From the human T2T-CHM13v2.0 reference genome, Homo sapiens, in assembly GCF_009914755.1 (NCBI RefSeq), contig NC_060936.1: a stretch of 64,000 nt of DNA. The stretch is one strand, 5' to 3'. A program made the position numbers and the translations under genes. Below are positions 40,546 through 54,294 of this stretch, in pieces. The notes beneath the pieces were generated by a model, which saw nothing but the letters and a program-made list of their open reading frames with translations, was not told where the DNA came from and searched no databases. Each line of letters begins with the position of its first letter. The first letter of the stretch is position 1.

Positions 40546-40930
40546 AATACACAATTTGATAAGCTCTTGGACATATATACACCCAAGAAACCATCACCAC
40601 AATCAAGATGGAATTGGATATCCAATATGTAAAATATGTGCTTCATCACTCTCAAAAATTTCCTTATTTACTTTTTGTTGGTCTCTTTTCTCCCACCACA
40701 TCCCACCTTCCATCCCTCCTTCTTCCTGTCCCCCAACAACAACAAAAAGATCTGTTTGCATTTCTTGAAATTTTAGGCAAATGAGATCATGCAGTAAACA
40801 TTCTTTTTGAGGAGGTCAACCTTGTTTAATTCAGCATAATTATTTTCAGATTCATCTCTGTTGTATCATATATCAATAGTTAATTTTTTAATTACTGAGT
40901 AGTGTTTGTTGTATGGATATACTACAATTT

Positions 40931-41735
40931 ATTTTTTATTTAATTGACACATAATTGTACATATTTATGGGGTACATAGTAATGTTTTGATACATACAAT
41001 GTATAATGATCAAATCAGAGCAATTAATACCCATCATCTCAAACACTTATCATTTTCTTGTGCAAGAAACATTCCAAATCCTCTCTTCTAGCTATCCAAA
41101 GATATATAATAAACTATTGTCAATTATATTCATCCCACTGTGCTACAGAACACTAGAATTTATTCCTCCCATTTATACTTTCTCCTAGCTGTTATTTTAT
41201 ATCCTTCAACCAATCTCTCCCTATCCCCCCATTCCCTTTTCCTTCCCAACCTCTAGTAACCACTATTCTAGTATCTACTTCTATGAGATCAACTTTTTTA
41301 GTTTCTGCATATGAGTGAGAACATGCTGTATTTATTTTTCTGGTCCTGGCTTATTTCACTCAACATGATATCCTCCAGACTCATCCATGTTGCTGTGAAA
41401 GACAGCATTTTATTCGTTTTATGGCTCAATAGTATTCCATGGTGTGTATGTACCACATTTTCTTCATCCATTCATCTGTTGATAGATACTTAGGTTGATT
41501 CCCTATCTTAGCTATTGTGAATAATGCTGCAATCAACATGGGAGTGTTCTCTCATACGCTGATCTCTTCCATATACTCTATAGCTATCTGTTCCATATAC
41601 TGATTTCCTCTCCTTTGGATATATATCCAATGGTGGGGGTTGCTGGATCATATGGTAGTTGTTTTTGCAATTTTTTGAGGAAACTCCATACCATTCTTTA
41701 TAGTGGCTGTGCAAGTTTACATCCTATCAACAGTT
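40931..41735 (-). mobile_element. L1MA-type 3' end nested in older L1
   Basis: ttgtacatatttatggggtaca...; TSD atactacaatttattt / acaccacagtttattt. Confidence 0.8.
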
Positions 41736-42127
41736 ACACCACAGTTTATTTATGCATTCACCTATTGCTAGACATTTGGGTTGTTTGCAGTTTCAACTCT
41801 TACAAATAAGGTTGACATTAACATTTATGTACATGTATTTTTATGTACACATGCTTTTATTTTCCTTTTATATACCTATGAGTGGAATGGTTTGATGATT
41901 TAGTAGGTAAAATTTTAACTATTCCAGAAACTACTATGTTGTTTTCCACAGTGCTTGTACCATTTTACATTCCCATCTACAATGTTTGGGAATTCTAGTT
42001 CCTTCCTGTCCTTGCCAACCCTTAGTGAGGTCAATCATTTTAATTTTAACAATTTGAATAGATTTGTATAGGTAGCTCATTGTGAGTTTAACCTGCATTT
42101 CCCTAATGACTAATAATGTTGAGTATC

Positions 42128-42342
42128 TTTTTTTTATTTCAACTTTTATTTTAGCTACAAGGGGTAAAGGCGCAGGTTTGTTACATGGGTATACCACGTG
42201 GTACTGAGGTTTGAGGTATGCATCCTGTCATCCAGGTAGTGAGCATAGTACCCAATAGGTAGTTTTTCCACCCACACTCCCTTCTCTCCCTCCCACCTCT
42301 AGTAGTTTATAGTGTCTGTTGTTCCCATGTTTATGCTTATGT
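42128..42342 (-). mobile_element. L1PA15/16-like 3' end nested in older L1
   Basis: caggtttgttacatgggtat...gagcatagtacccaataggtagtt; TSD atgttgagYatctttt. Confidence 0.85.
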
Positions 42343-44481
42343 ATGTTGAGCATCTTTTTATGTGTTTGTTACCCATATATATTCTTTGCTTAAGTACCTG
42401 TTCAAACCTTTTGCCCACTTTTAAAATTTTGGTTTATTTATTATTACAGAGTTTTGAGAGTTCTTTATATATCTAGATACAGGATCAGATATATGTTTCA
42501 CAATTATTTCCTCTCAGGTGGTGGCATATCTTTCAAAAAGTTGTCATTTTTAGTGTTGAGAAAGTCTAATTCATTAATTTGTGTGTGTTTAGATTATGTT
42601 TTGGGATAACTTATCTAAGAAATTTTTGCCTAACCCAAAGTCATAAAGGAGTTCTCTAGTTTTGTTACAGAATTATTACAGTTTTAGATTTTACATTTAA
42701 GTCTATGATACACTTTGAGTTAACTTTTTAATAAGATATAAAAGATAAATGGAAGCACATACTTTCCATAGGGATCTCTAATTTGTTTCCACACCATTTG
42801 TTAAAAAGATAATCCTTTCTCCACTGAATTATCTTTGCACTTTTATCAAAAAGTAGTTACCCGTAAATGTGTGGGTTTATTTCTGGATTCTCCATTCTGT
42901 TCCTTTGATTTATTTGTCTTCTTGATGCTGATACCATACTGTCTTGATTATTGCAGCTTTATGATATACGCTAAATCAGTTACCTTTGTTCTTTTTTTTT
43001 TCAGTTGTTTTTGCTATTCTAAGTCCTTTGCATTTCCATATGAAATTTATCATCAGTTTGTCAATTTCTACTAAAAAATGTCTGCTGGGATTTTATTGGG
43101 ATTACATTGAATCTATAGATTAAGCAGTGGAATCCAAAACTTCCACTCTCACCCTTTCCTCCCTCCCTGTCACCCTCACACTAATAGTGGCAGATTCCAA
43201 TGCCCCAGGCTCCAGCGGACCAGGAACTAGAGGGTAAGCTCAAACCAGGGGCACAGTGTCTCCTGCCAGTATATGTTTCCATGGGGACCCAAAGCTAGTT
43301 CCCTCTTTTATATTTTCTCTTCTTTTTCTTTGCTTTTCTTTGATTTTTTTTCTCTTTTCTCTTTCTTTCCTTCCTTCCATCTAAGCAGATTACAGATTAG
43401 CTCCCCCGTTTTCTTGCCACAGTCAATACCAGGACCTTCCAGCCAGGGTTCAAAGTTTCACAGCTGTTTCTCAATTCTCAGGTCCCTGCAGCAAGCAAAA
43501 AGCCCTTTTCAGACTGTTCACACTTGGGGATCTTTGAATCCTTTTTTAACAAATAGTTAAAATTATCAAAAAGAAAAAATGTTTTCCTTCCATCACTCAT
43601 CACCCTCTTTTTCTTTACTTTCTATGACTCTTGAGAAAGATGAAACACAAACAAATAATCAAGATGCCCAACGCACTGCAGATTCGTGTGTATTTCTGAA
43701 GAGGAAACTGACCCTAAGGAGTTCTGGCTGGGTCCACGTTAGGAAGAACGCAGGCAAGGATCTACGGAGGGAGGACAGACCTGCAGCCATAGACACTGGG
43801 GGAAACACAACAAAATCAACTGAGTATGAAGAGGGAGAGTGTTTTAAATCAGAGCAATGAAAGAAAGTGAAGGAGAAAGAGGGGGAAACCCGGGCCAAGG
43901 CAGCATGTCTGAAATAGGACTTACTGGTTTTCTGATCCTAAAGGCCATTTGGCCGTTTACTGGACCTATTTGTAAGTCAAGGCCTGCCTATGTAATAAAG
44001 TGACTACTAAAAAAAAAATCCTACCATCTTATTTGTGTTCTAAATGCAAAGTCTAAATTATAAATTGTAGATAGGAAAAGTATTACGACCGTGATCATTT
44101 CACGTGTGGAATTCTAAACTCTCTTAGAAACTTACAAAAGATCACTAATACAAATGGCTACTCTTCCATATTTAATTTTATTTAATTCCTGGTACAATGA
44201 CAAAAAAAAGATATACACACACATATTTTAGTCAAAAGATCTTTACGATAATATGTTTGTCATAATTATTCCTAGTCAGTAATTCCCCCACTAATAATGT
44301 TTAAAAACTTATCTCAATTTAAAGAAATCATGAGATTTTTCTCACTGCCATTTGTTTTTCTTTCATTTAGTCCAGGAGATCCCTTCAAAAGTCTTGGCTG
44401 AAAACTTATGCCAATTTTTGAAAGGGCTCATCTCTACTTAACTATTAGCATAAAACCCTCTATGTAGGAATAAGCAAAAAG

Positions 44482-44909
<428 letters not shown>

Positions 44910-45102
44910 TTAAAATTATTTTGTCTTCCAGACAAGCTTACACTTTGGCCTTCTGTTTCCACAGAAATATGAGATAGAATAAATAAACGTGCATTACAGA
45001 GTCAGTCCTTTCATATGTTCATTACCTTTAGTATCTCCTCATGGACTTGAATTTCTAAGGCTAGACTATTGCCCCAGGTTTCTCTCCCCCCAGGGTTTAA
45101 CT

Positions 45103-45135
45103 CGCAATTCCTACACCTGCCACCAGATGGTATCT
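45103..45135 (+). promoter_or_regulatory. Candidate CTCF site with upstream module
   Basis: CGCAATtcctacacctgCCACCAGATGGTATC; motif only. Confidence 0.55.
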
Positions 45136-45849
45136 TGGGTCATGACGGCGAGGGTCCTCAGCTAGGTTTACCCCAAGTGTGGATAAATGGAAGATAACAG
45201 GATCCAGGCAACGAGGCATAATATATTTAAAACAAATAAATAATTTATTAAAATTAAAAGCATAAATTATTAACTAACTTTTAATTATCATGTATAACAG
45301 TGCTTTCTCAGCACTTTAAAGTGAATTCTCAAAATACTCCTAACTAGCCAGTGGTGTTCATTTTCCTCGGGCTTTTTTTCTTCTTCTTCTTTTTGAGTTG
45401 GAGGAGTGAAGGTGCATAGTCACAGTGCTTCTTCAGCAGCATGAATCTCTCTGCTCTATTTTCCCAATTAGGAGGTTAACTCCCTGTCGGGGCTGCTTCA
45501 CTCTTGTCTACTCCCTGAATACTGCCTGTAATGCAATTTAATTTTCATTGAATTATTTAAGATTATTTATTGAAAACCTTAGATGCTCTCTGTCAACTAT
45601 GCTCTTTGTTTAAAAAAAAGCATTTTTCAAAAAGTTCTTATTTTAAAACATTGAAAAACATAAAGAAGAAAACAAATGTCATGCCTAATCTTACCATTCA
45701 AAGATAACACCATTAAAAGCTGCTATAATTTTCCCCATAGTTCTCATATTCTACATTTTCAGCCTTTTGTTGGGAAAATTTTTTCTCAAGCTTGTTTTCT
45801 ACTTCCTTACTTTTGACTTCCATAGTGTCCCATTTTCTATTCACTCCCC

Positions 45850-45995
45850 TACAAAGGTTTCCTAAATGAGGTTAATAACCGTATCTCCTCCCTCAAAAGG
45901 TTGTCCTAAGGATTGAGTTAAAACACGTAGGCCCTTAGAACAATGCCTGTTACCTAGTAAGTAATCAATAAATGTTAGCTCCTGTCATTATTTCT
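45850..45995 (+). mobile_element. MIR fragment
   Basis: ggttgtcctaaggattgagtt...cttagaacaatgcctg...caataaatgttagct. Confidence 0.7.
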
Positions 45996-46334
45996 ATTGA
46001 AGCTGGCTTTCCAGCTTTTCGGCTCTCTGTAATCCTTCCTCTTCTTCATTATCCTGATGGCCTGTTTAGCTGACTGTAGTCTCACACATGTTAACATGCC
46101 CTCAAGTGCTGTTGAAAGCAGAAAAACATATTTCTAAGATGATCTCATATCTCATGGTCAATCTATTACAGAGGAAACAACTCCTCAGAAGCCCCAGAAA
46201 AATGGTGACCCCTTTCTTTTGAATAATATAATCTCTTTAAGAACCCATCACAGAGCCTTATTTTATGACAAAATAATTTCCTAATAGAGTTGTGCAGAAT
46301 TTGTTGTGAATTCCCATCCAAATCTTTGCTTGTT

Positions 46335-46512
46335 TGTGTGTTTGTAGTTTTTTGTTGTTGTTGTTTAAAACTGGGTATCGCTCTGTCATTCAGCCTGGAG
46401 TGCAATGGCGCAATCACAGCTCACTACAGCCTCGACCTCCAGGGCTCAAGTGATCCTCCCACCTCAGCCACCTGAGTAGCTGGGAATACAGGCACACTCC
46501 ACCACACAAGGC
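46335..46512 (-). mobile_element. Alu right monomer (FRAM-like)
   Basis: Single right arm with (TTG)n tail. Confidence 0.8.
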
Positions 46513-46844
46513 AACAGATCTTTCTTAAACAAACATTCTTGTCTGGATTGAAAGGAGAGCAGGGAGGAGGGGGAGATATCTTATCAGTAAGGACATCCAA
46601 CAGCTTGCAGGGACAGTAAAGCAACCAGTGAGCACCTGAACTTCCAATGTGGATGCTATTCCTTGGGAAATGCTCAGTTTTCCAAAACCTCTGCCTGATG
46701 TGGCACCCACACTGAGAGCAACCTGCAGCACTTTCCTATCACCACACGTGGTCACTGGCTTGTGATAGTTGTCTGTGCAGGAAGCAAATGTTAGAGGTAC
46801 CTTACGTAGCTGTTGAAATACAAATGCAGCCACCTACCAGTCCG

Positions 46845-47410
46845 TCCATCCATTCATTCATTCCATAAATATTACTTACTGAGTGTCTAATATGGGCAAA
46901 ATGCCATGCTAAATGCTTAGGCTATAGTGACGTGCAAAACCAGATACCATCCTGTCCCTGTAGAGTTCATAGTCTAATAGGCGAGACAAATACTAAACAA
47001 ATCAGCATCAAACTGGCTATGATTAGAAGCACAGAGTGCATGAAAGCATAGATCTTTGATGATCCCTAAGGAAATAAGGAAGGAGTCAAAGTCTTCATAA
47101 CAATTAGGAATTAACTAGAAAAGAGGGGCAAGAAGAATGTCAAGGCAATAGAACTAGTTCAGGGCCAGTGGTGCACATAAGGTCACTCTGGCTGCAACCC
47201 AGAAGGCATGGCATGACAAGAGTCTGGCGAGATGGAGGGGTCCACGTTCTGGACATCTGCCTTGACCTTAAAAAAACAGTTGAAACCTCTAGAAGCATTT
47301 AAGCAAAGGAAACACATGACCAGATATGCCTCTTGAAAAGATCATTTAAGTCTAGTGAGGGGAAGGAATTGGAAGAGGGCAGATGGATGTGGGTGGACCC
47401 AGGAGGCAAC
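46845..47410 (-). mobile_element. L2
   Basis: cattcattcattcc...tactgagtgtcta...ttaagcaaagg...tgaaaagatca. Confidence 0.75.
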
Positions 47411-48454
47411 TCAATCTCCAGATGTGTAGGTAACATACATACTCACCAGCTGACCCTCAATCCACCCTCACCTCCAAACACTGTGTCTCTCTGGTCACCT
47501 GGATATTTTCTGGACCCAACAATATCTTCCAGGGGGAGGCATTTTTGGATGTCCTTCAATCTGGATCCACTGAGGAACCCCTATCCAAAATTCCCCTCAC
47601 TTTCAGCCAAAGGGACTGTCTCCATCCCTGGTTTCTCTTATTAATACTGATTTCCCCTCCTGTTATATCCTTTTAGCAATTCCACTGGGAATTTGGGGAG
47701 AACTGGGGTTTGTGTTCACATCAACTACCAAACCCAGAGGTTTCAAATACTGCTTTTTAAAAACTGAACATTAAAATTAAAGAACAGTGTTTGAATAGAA
47801 CGACTTTTAAATAGATGTATTTTTAGTAGTTTCTTCATGAGCATATTTTGGATTGAATGGATACCTGTAATTATATCAGCAATTTTCTGCATTCATGTAA
47901 GTAGAAATTGTGAAAAGATTGCTGGAAAAGGAAACAGCATCCGTGCCCATATTATTTAGTATAATGCAGAATATAGCTAGCATATCCTATAGACGTTTAT
48001 GAATAGTTTTAAGAATGCTTTTTATTCAATAGCCTCTGCCTCTTCAGTATCTTTTACTAATAAGATTAAATGCTGTGATTCCCTCCTCCTTTTTCTCTAT
48101 GTTTTTCGTGGCAATGATTTAAGAAGTAATAGATCTCAAAATCAGACAGCAAGGAGTACTCAGGGGAATCCCTGTGGTAACTGTATACTACAGTCCTAGG
48201 AAATGTACTTTTTACATTTTACCATACCAGCACTTTACAAATCAATTTTTAAATTAATTAAGTCAAGAGCATTTGTGGAGAACACTGGTTATAAAATTTC
48301 TCAAATTTTTATAATTGTTATTTACTGCAGCATCTAAGCACTAGAGACTTAGCCACCGTGAAGTCAACAATGAGATTCATCAGTATTATAATTTTATAAA
48401 CATGAAGTCTTGGGCTTCAATATTTAATAGGTTTACATAAAATTTGATAGAGAT

Positions 48455-49022
48455 GAAGCTGAGGTTGCAGAATCACTTGAGGCCAGGGGTTCAAGACCAG
48501 CCTGGGCAAAATAGTGAGACTGTCTCTACAAAAAAAATAAATTAAAAAAAATTTTTAGATAGGGTCTTGCTCTGTCACCCAGGCTGGAGTGCAGCGGCAC
48601 AATCTCAGCTCACTGCAACCTCCGCCTCTCAAGCTCAAGAAATCTCCCACCTCAGCCTCCCGATAGCTAGCATGCCTAGCTAATTTTTTGGAGTCATGTT
48701 GTTGTTGTTATCGTTGTTATGTAGAGATGAGGTTTTGCCTCATTGCCCAGGCTAGTCTTGAACTCCTGGGCTCAAGCGATCCACCTGCCTCAGCTTCCCA
48801 AAGTGCCAGGATTACAGGCGTGAGCCATTGTGCCTGGCCAAAAAATTTTTTAAAACTGGTCAAGCATGGTGGCGCATGCCTGTAGTCCCAAGTACTTAGG
48901 AGGCTGAGGTGGGAGGATCACCTGAGCCCAGGATTTTGAGGTTGCAGTATGCTATGACTGTGCTATTGCCCTCTAGCCTAGGCAACAGAGCAAGACCCTG
49001 ACTCAAAAAAAAAAAAAAAAAA
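48455..49022 (+). mobile_element. AluJ-like, split at its A-rich linker by an inverted Alu
   Basis: Left arm 48455-48550, right arm 48855-49022. Confidence 0.85.
48553..48839 (-). mobile_element. AluJ-like, nested and inverted
   Basis: agatagggtcttgctctg...gtgcctggcc; flanks aaaaaattttt. Confidence 0.88.
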
Positions 49023-49342
49023 AGCCAAATAATGAACTTTTGGTAAATCCAGAAGTTGATACATTTTTATTATTAAACCAAAATCTTGGCAACGATATAA
49101 CATTGCTTTGACTTTTCCAACTGTTTTTGGAATAAAAATCCCACAAAAGCAATAACGGACATGTGCTAGTCATGTTGATGGAAACCTTAACTAGTGATAC
49201 TGCAGGCAATATCTAGCAATGGTGTTTCTATTTTAGTATTTTTTTGTATTTTTGTATTTGAAGACATTCAAGTTCTTCAAATAGGAATTGCTTAGATGTT
49301 TTTATCTACTAATGTCCAATAAAAATAATATTAAAAAAAATC

Positions 49343-49684
<342 letters not shown>

Positions 49685-50619
49685 CTAGAATCTTACTATA
49701 AACATTCCCTAAGACATCAGAAAATTATTGCCATAGGGAAATATAAGTTATTATCAATAAAGACATGCACAGGAGGTAAATTTTAAGGCAAAATGCAGAT
49801 ACATCCCCATGCAGCACAGATTGAGAAGCACCCATCTCTCTGCGGCAACATAACTCAAGCAATGAGGTCTGTACAAGAAAGATCAAAAATAGCCACTTAA
49901 CACGGCTTTTTATTGTCAGATAGAAAAAAGTTTCCAATCTGGAATTGTACTTTTAAAGTATTGTTTTCTCTCTCTGATTCATAAAAATCTGTTCCACTAT
50001 TTCCCATACTCCCTCAATAATAAATATTAAAATGAAGCAGTTAAGCCTCAGGTTTCACCAAACCTTCTGAGAACAGCAGATAAAAATAAATTTAAATTAC
50101 CTTGCTTCTAACTGTGAAAAAGTGCTAGGGTGAGTTTATTTCATTTTAACCCCCTATCATTTCTAGTTTATTTATTTTATCAAAAACATTCTCTTTAGCC
50201 CAAGCTGCATAAGGGCAAGTAGGACAAGTACTTAGGGTGGCAGCTCTTAGATTCTCAGAGGTTTGAAGGAGAAGAAATATGGACAGCAACAAAGTTAATT
50301 AGAAGCCTAATTACTAAAAATTTCTTCCTGTCATTTTTTTCAAGCAACTGCTCGGTTAGCTGTTTTCTTAAGCCCAGAGCTGGAGATGATAGGGATTATA
50401 ATCTCAATTTCTTTGTACATATATAACCGCTCACCTCACGACAGGTAAAGTAATAGATACATCCTCAATGAATATCTCTTGGAGGAATGAATGATTCAAG
50501 AGAAAGAATGTCACAAAATTAGTGCTTAGTCTCCCAACAGAGGCTTCTGAGACAGTCTGGGCTGACAGGAAGCTGCCTGTCCGCTCCCTCATTTCTTATA
50601 ATCTGCACTGCATCCCAGT

Positions 50620-51770
50620 TACTAGAAGCTACCAAAAACCTTCTAATGGTGAAAGTCAAAGACTAAACACTTTCAGATTCATCCTCTACACTGTAGAAGC
50701 CTTCTCAAAGCAAACTTCTCTTAACTTCTGTGATGCTAAACTACACAAAATCCTGTTCCTGTATCTTCTGCCACATCCTCACACTTTCACTGACTTCTCT
50801 TCCTCTTTTTCATCACCCGAAGACAGTCACACCTAAGGGCATATCCTGGCCTTCCTCACTAGACACCATCTTCCGCTATTACCCATTCTCAAAATGTCAG
50901 AAATTGCTCTTTTTGAAGTGACTCCAATATCTGTAATCCTTATCACTCTCTTGACCTCCAGATCCAAATCTCAGGGGCTTTCTCCACCTCTTTATTACAT
51001 GGATAATTTACCGCACACTCCACAAGGCAATCCTGAACCCATCATCTTTCCATTTACCTGACCGCTCTCTCTATCCTTATTAATGTCTTCAGACACCCAT
51101 GTTGAAAACCTCAGGATTATCTTTTATTCCTTCCTCTTTTTTATTTGCCTACATCAAATCAAATGTCTATTCCTACGCGCTTTGCCTCTCTCATCTCTTC
51201 TTTCTTTTAATCTCCCCATCTATTATAAATAATCTTAATCTTATTTGTTTTTGTTTGTCTTCTTTTGTTTGGGGTTTTCATTTTTTAGTCCATTTCCAAC
51301 TGCTTCCCATTGAGATTCTACCCTTTCATCAACTTGATTATTAAAGACTCCAAACATACCCTGTATCTTCCCTCCTCCGTGCCTTGGGCCATGCTGTTCC
51401 CTTTGTTTTGTATGCCCTTCCAACATCTCCACGGACTGCTGTCCTGTCCATGGTTAGGGATACACTTCAGACAGGATGCTCTCCATAAAGCCTTTCCTAA
51501 TTTTCCCCACCAGACATGGTATATTTTCCTTTGAAATCTATAGGCTTTTCGTTGTCTTAGAAGATAGTATATTTCTCATGCCATCTTCTACTAGCCTGCA
51601 GGCTTTTTGAAGACAGGAAATCATAGTTATTTATTTTTCTTTTCCCTGTAGAAGCTTCGCACATGAACAGAATTCAATATTTGTATATGTTTGTATATAT
51701 ACATTTATTCTCCCCTCATCTTGTTCCAGAAAGGATGTGTAGTCACTCAACAAATATTTGTTAAAATGCC
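50620..51770 (+). mobile_element. L2 fragments
   Basis: gtgactccaatatctg...ctccagatcc; ctagcctgcaggctttttgaagacagg; ctcaacaaatatttgtt. Confidence 0.55.
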
Positions 51771-51954
51771 TAGGAAAATCTATTGCCTTTATGCTTCTTC
51801 CCCAACTGTCTCTAATTTCCTTACTCTTACCTACAATAATAGACCCTCTTTAATGTTGTTAAATACTTATTCATTCTAATATTTCAAATCAAATTAACCT
51901 AAAAGGAGTTTTTGTTCCTAATTTTTTCCCCTACTTCTTTCTGAATATCTATAC

Positions 51955-52182
51955 CAGGAATTCTCAACCTCAGCACTACTGACATTTTGGGCCAGATAAT
52001 TCTTTGTTGATGGGGAAAGGGACTTTCCTTTGCACTATAGGACATTTAACAGCATCTCTGACTCCTACCCACTAAATGCAGTCACATGCTCAGTTGCGAC
52101 AACCAAAAATGTCTCTAGACATTACCAAATATACCTTGGGGGTGCAAGATGTTGGGGAGTTGCCTCTGGTTGAAAAGCACAG
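51955..52182. mobile_element. MER20 hAT MITE
   Basis: ttctcaacctcagcactactgacattttgggccagataattctttgttg...aaaaatgtctctagacatt. Confidence 0.9.
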
Positions 52183-52190
52183 ATCTCAAT

Positions 52191-52514
52191 CAGAACTGTC
52201 ACATCAAAATATAATGAAAGGTTCAAATGGAAGCAACACGTATAATCTTAAATATTTCAGGAGCTACATTAAAAAGATAACAAGAAGCAGATTAGTTTTA
52301 ATATTTTATTTAACATTTCCAAAATATTATCATTTTAACAGGTAACCAATATAAAAATGATTATTTAAATAATTTACATTATTTTTTCTTACTAGTCTTT
52401 GAAATTCAATGTGCATTTTATATGTACAGCACATGTCAGTTCAAACTAGTCACATTTCAATTTCTTAATAGCAATATGTGGCTAGTAGCAATGGGTATGG
52501 GTTGGACAGCTCAG
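52191..52514. mobile_element. MER33-like hAT MITE
   Basis: tttgaaattcaatgtgcatttta...cagcacat...atgtggctagt...ttggacagc. Confidence 0.8.
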
Positions 52515-53069
52515 ATCCAGACAGTTTTTCCTAGGCTGAGAACTCACTTTTCAAGAAAAATAAAGAAACCTCTTTCTTGCCGCCTAATTATTCCTAGCTA
52601 TATATAATCAAACATAGTGAGATTCAGGAGGAGACATAAACCCAGAAATTTCCAATGTGATGGGTGGTAGGAGACCTGGGATCAAAGACTACATGTATAT
52701 ATATATATATATATAAAGACAAATTAAGAAATGGCTGTAAGAGAATTCTACTCCACTTGCTCTGCATATTTGATCATTAGGTCATATAGAGATGTCAGGT
52801 TTTACTTTCTGTCCACACCCAAAATTCTCATCCCAGTAATAATATACATCTATATACCTACACAAGGAGTTCTCACAGTGTGTACAAAAACAAAGTAATG
52901 TTCATTCAGTATGTACCTCTCTCAAGCTTCCCCTAGGTCACACATCACAGAAGTAGCAAAGAAATGTATTCCAATCTTCTCATTCTAACCCCTTCACTCT
53001 CCAAATGACGAAACTGGAGTCTAAAACAAGACTGAAAACTGGCCTGAGATTCAGAGCTCATCAATGGAA

Positions 53070-53305
53070 TTTTAAGACAGAATCCAAGTTCTCCAAGTCC
53101 TGGTACCAAGTTCTCTCACCCACCCCATCCTAGCTGTGCAACTTTCAAAGAGTAACTTCACCTCCTGAACCATTGGTTGTCTCATATCTATAACACAAGC
53201 AATGATACCTGCTTTGTACATTGTTGTGAGAATTACTTTAACTGAATTAATATATGTAAAAATATCAGGCACAGTGTTCCTGCCATCCTAAATGTTTGTT
53301 GAATC
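53070..53305 (+). mobile_element. MIR
   Basis: ctagctgtgcaac...ttgttgtgagaatta...ggcacagtg. Confidence 0.65.
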
Positions 53306-53742
53306 TGAAAAGAGTAGCACATAATACAGCCAGGAAAAGATAGAAAGCAACTTGGAGATTTATTTTAATCTGTGCTTACCCCTCAGGAGTTCTAAGCCTA
53401 ATCTATCAAGGCTGATGAAAAACTTAAATTGTTATTTAAAGGCTGTAAAGAAATGATTGTAAGACCCCTCTCAGTAACACATTCCAATAAGGGACAACAC
53501 TCTTAATTCAAAACTTTTCCTATATGTTTTCAGGCAAGTCAAACTTTTCAGTCAATGTTTCAAGAACCAACAAAGAACTTAATTATTAGCTTCAAACCAC
53601 CTGGGCAAAAGGAACCTGCTGGAGGGCACATGTCAATCTTAAAGGAAAAATTCCCTTTACCTAGAACTGGGTTAGAGTCATAGCCTGCTTCCTGTACTGA
53701 AACTCACCAGGGGACGAAGGAATGACTTCTATTTCCTAATCA

Positions 53743-54294
53743 TAGTTTGCATGGCTTAACGACAGGGATAAGTTCTACGAAATGCATTGTTGTGCAAACA
53801 TCATAGAGTGCATTTACATAAACCTAGATGGTATGGCCTGCTACACACCTAGGCTACAAACCCATACAGCCTGTTACAGTATAGAATACTGTAAGCAACC
53901 ATAACATAATGCTAAGTATTTGTGTATCTAAACATAGAAAAGGTACAATATAAATAGAATATAAAAGATAAAAAAAATGGAACACCTATGTAAGGCACTT
54001 GCCATGAATGGTGCTTGCAGGACTGGGCCTTGAGCCAGGTGACTCAGTGAGTAAATGATGAGTGAATGTGAAAGCCTAGAACACGACTGTACATTTTTAA
54101 CACAACTGGCAGAGCAGTAGGTTTGTTTACACCAGCATCACAACAAACACGAGTAACCCACTGTGCTATGATGCTCTGACAGCTACAACAGCCCTAGGCA
54201 ACAGGAATTTTTCAGCTCCATTATGACCTTGTGGGACCACCATTGTTTATGCGGTCTGTCACTGACCAAAACCTCATTATGCAGCACATGACTG
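53743..54294. mobile_element. Tigger3/MER7-family element
   Basis: aacatcatagagtgc...aaacctagatggtat...ctacacacctaggcta; TIR ttatgcagcacatgactg. Confidence 0.85.

Larger units (their letters stand above)
40175..43125 (-). mobile_element. Old L1M (L1MC/ME-type) hosting an Alu and two younger L1 3' ends
   Basis: Reverse L1 3'UTR/ORF2 motifs gcatttccctaatgactaat and cattgaatctatagat. Confidence 0.8.

Noticed and set aside
53379-53410. 32-nt minus-strand pseudo-exon (LDRLGLELLR)
   Set aside because: Modest splice sites, frame-shifting length, unrecognised peptide.
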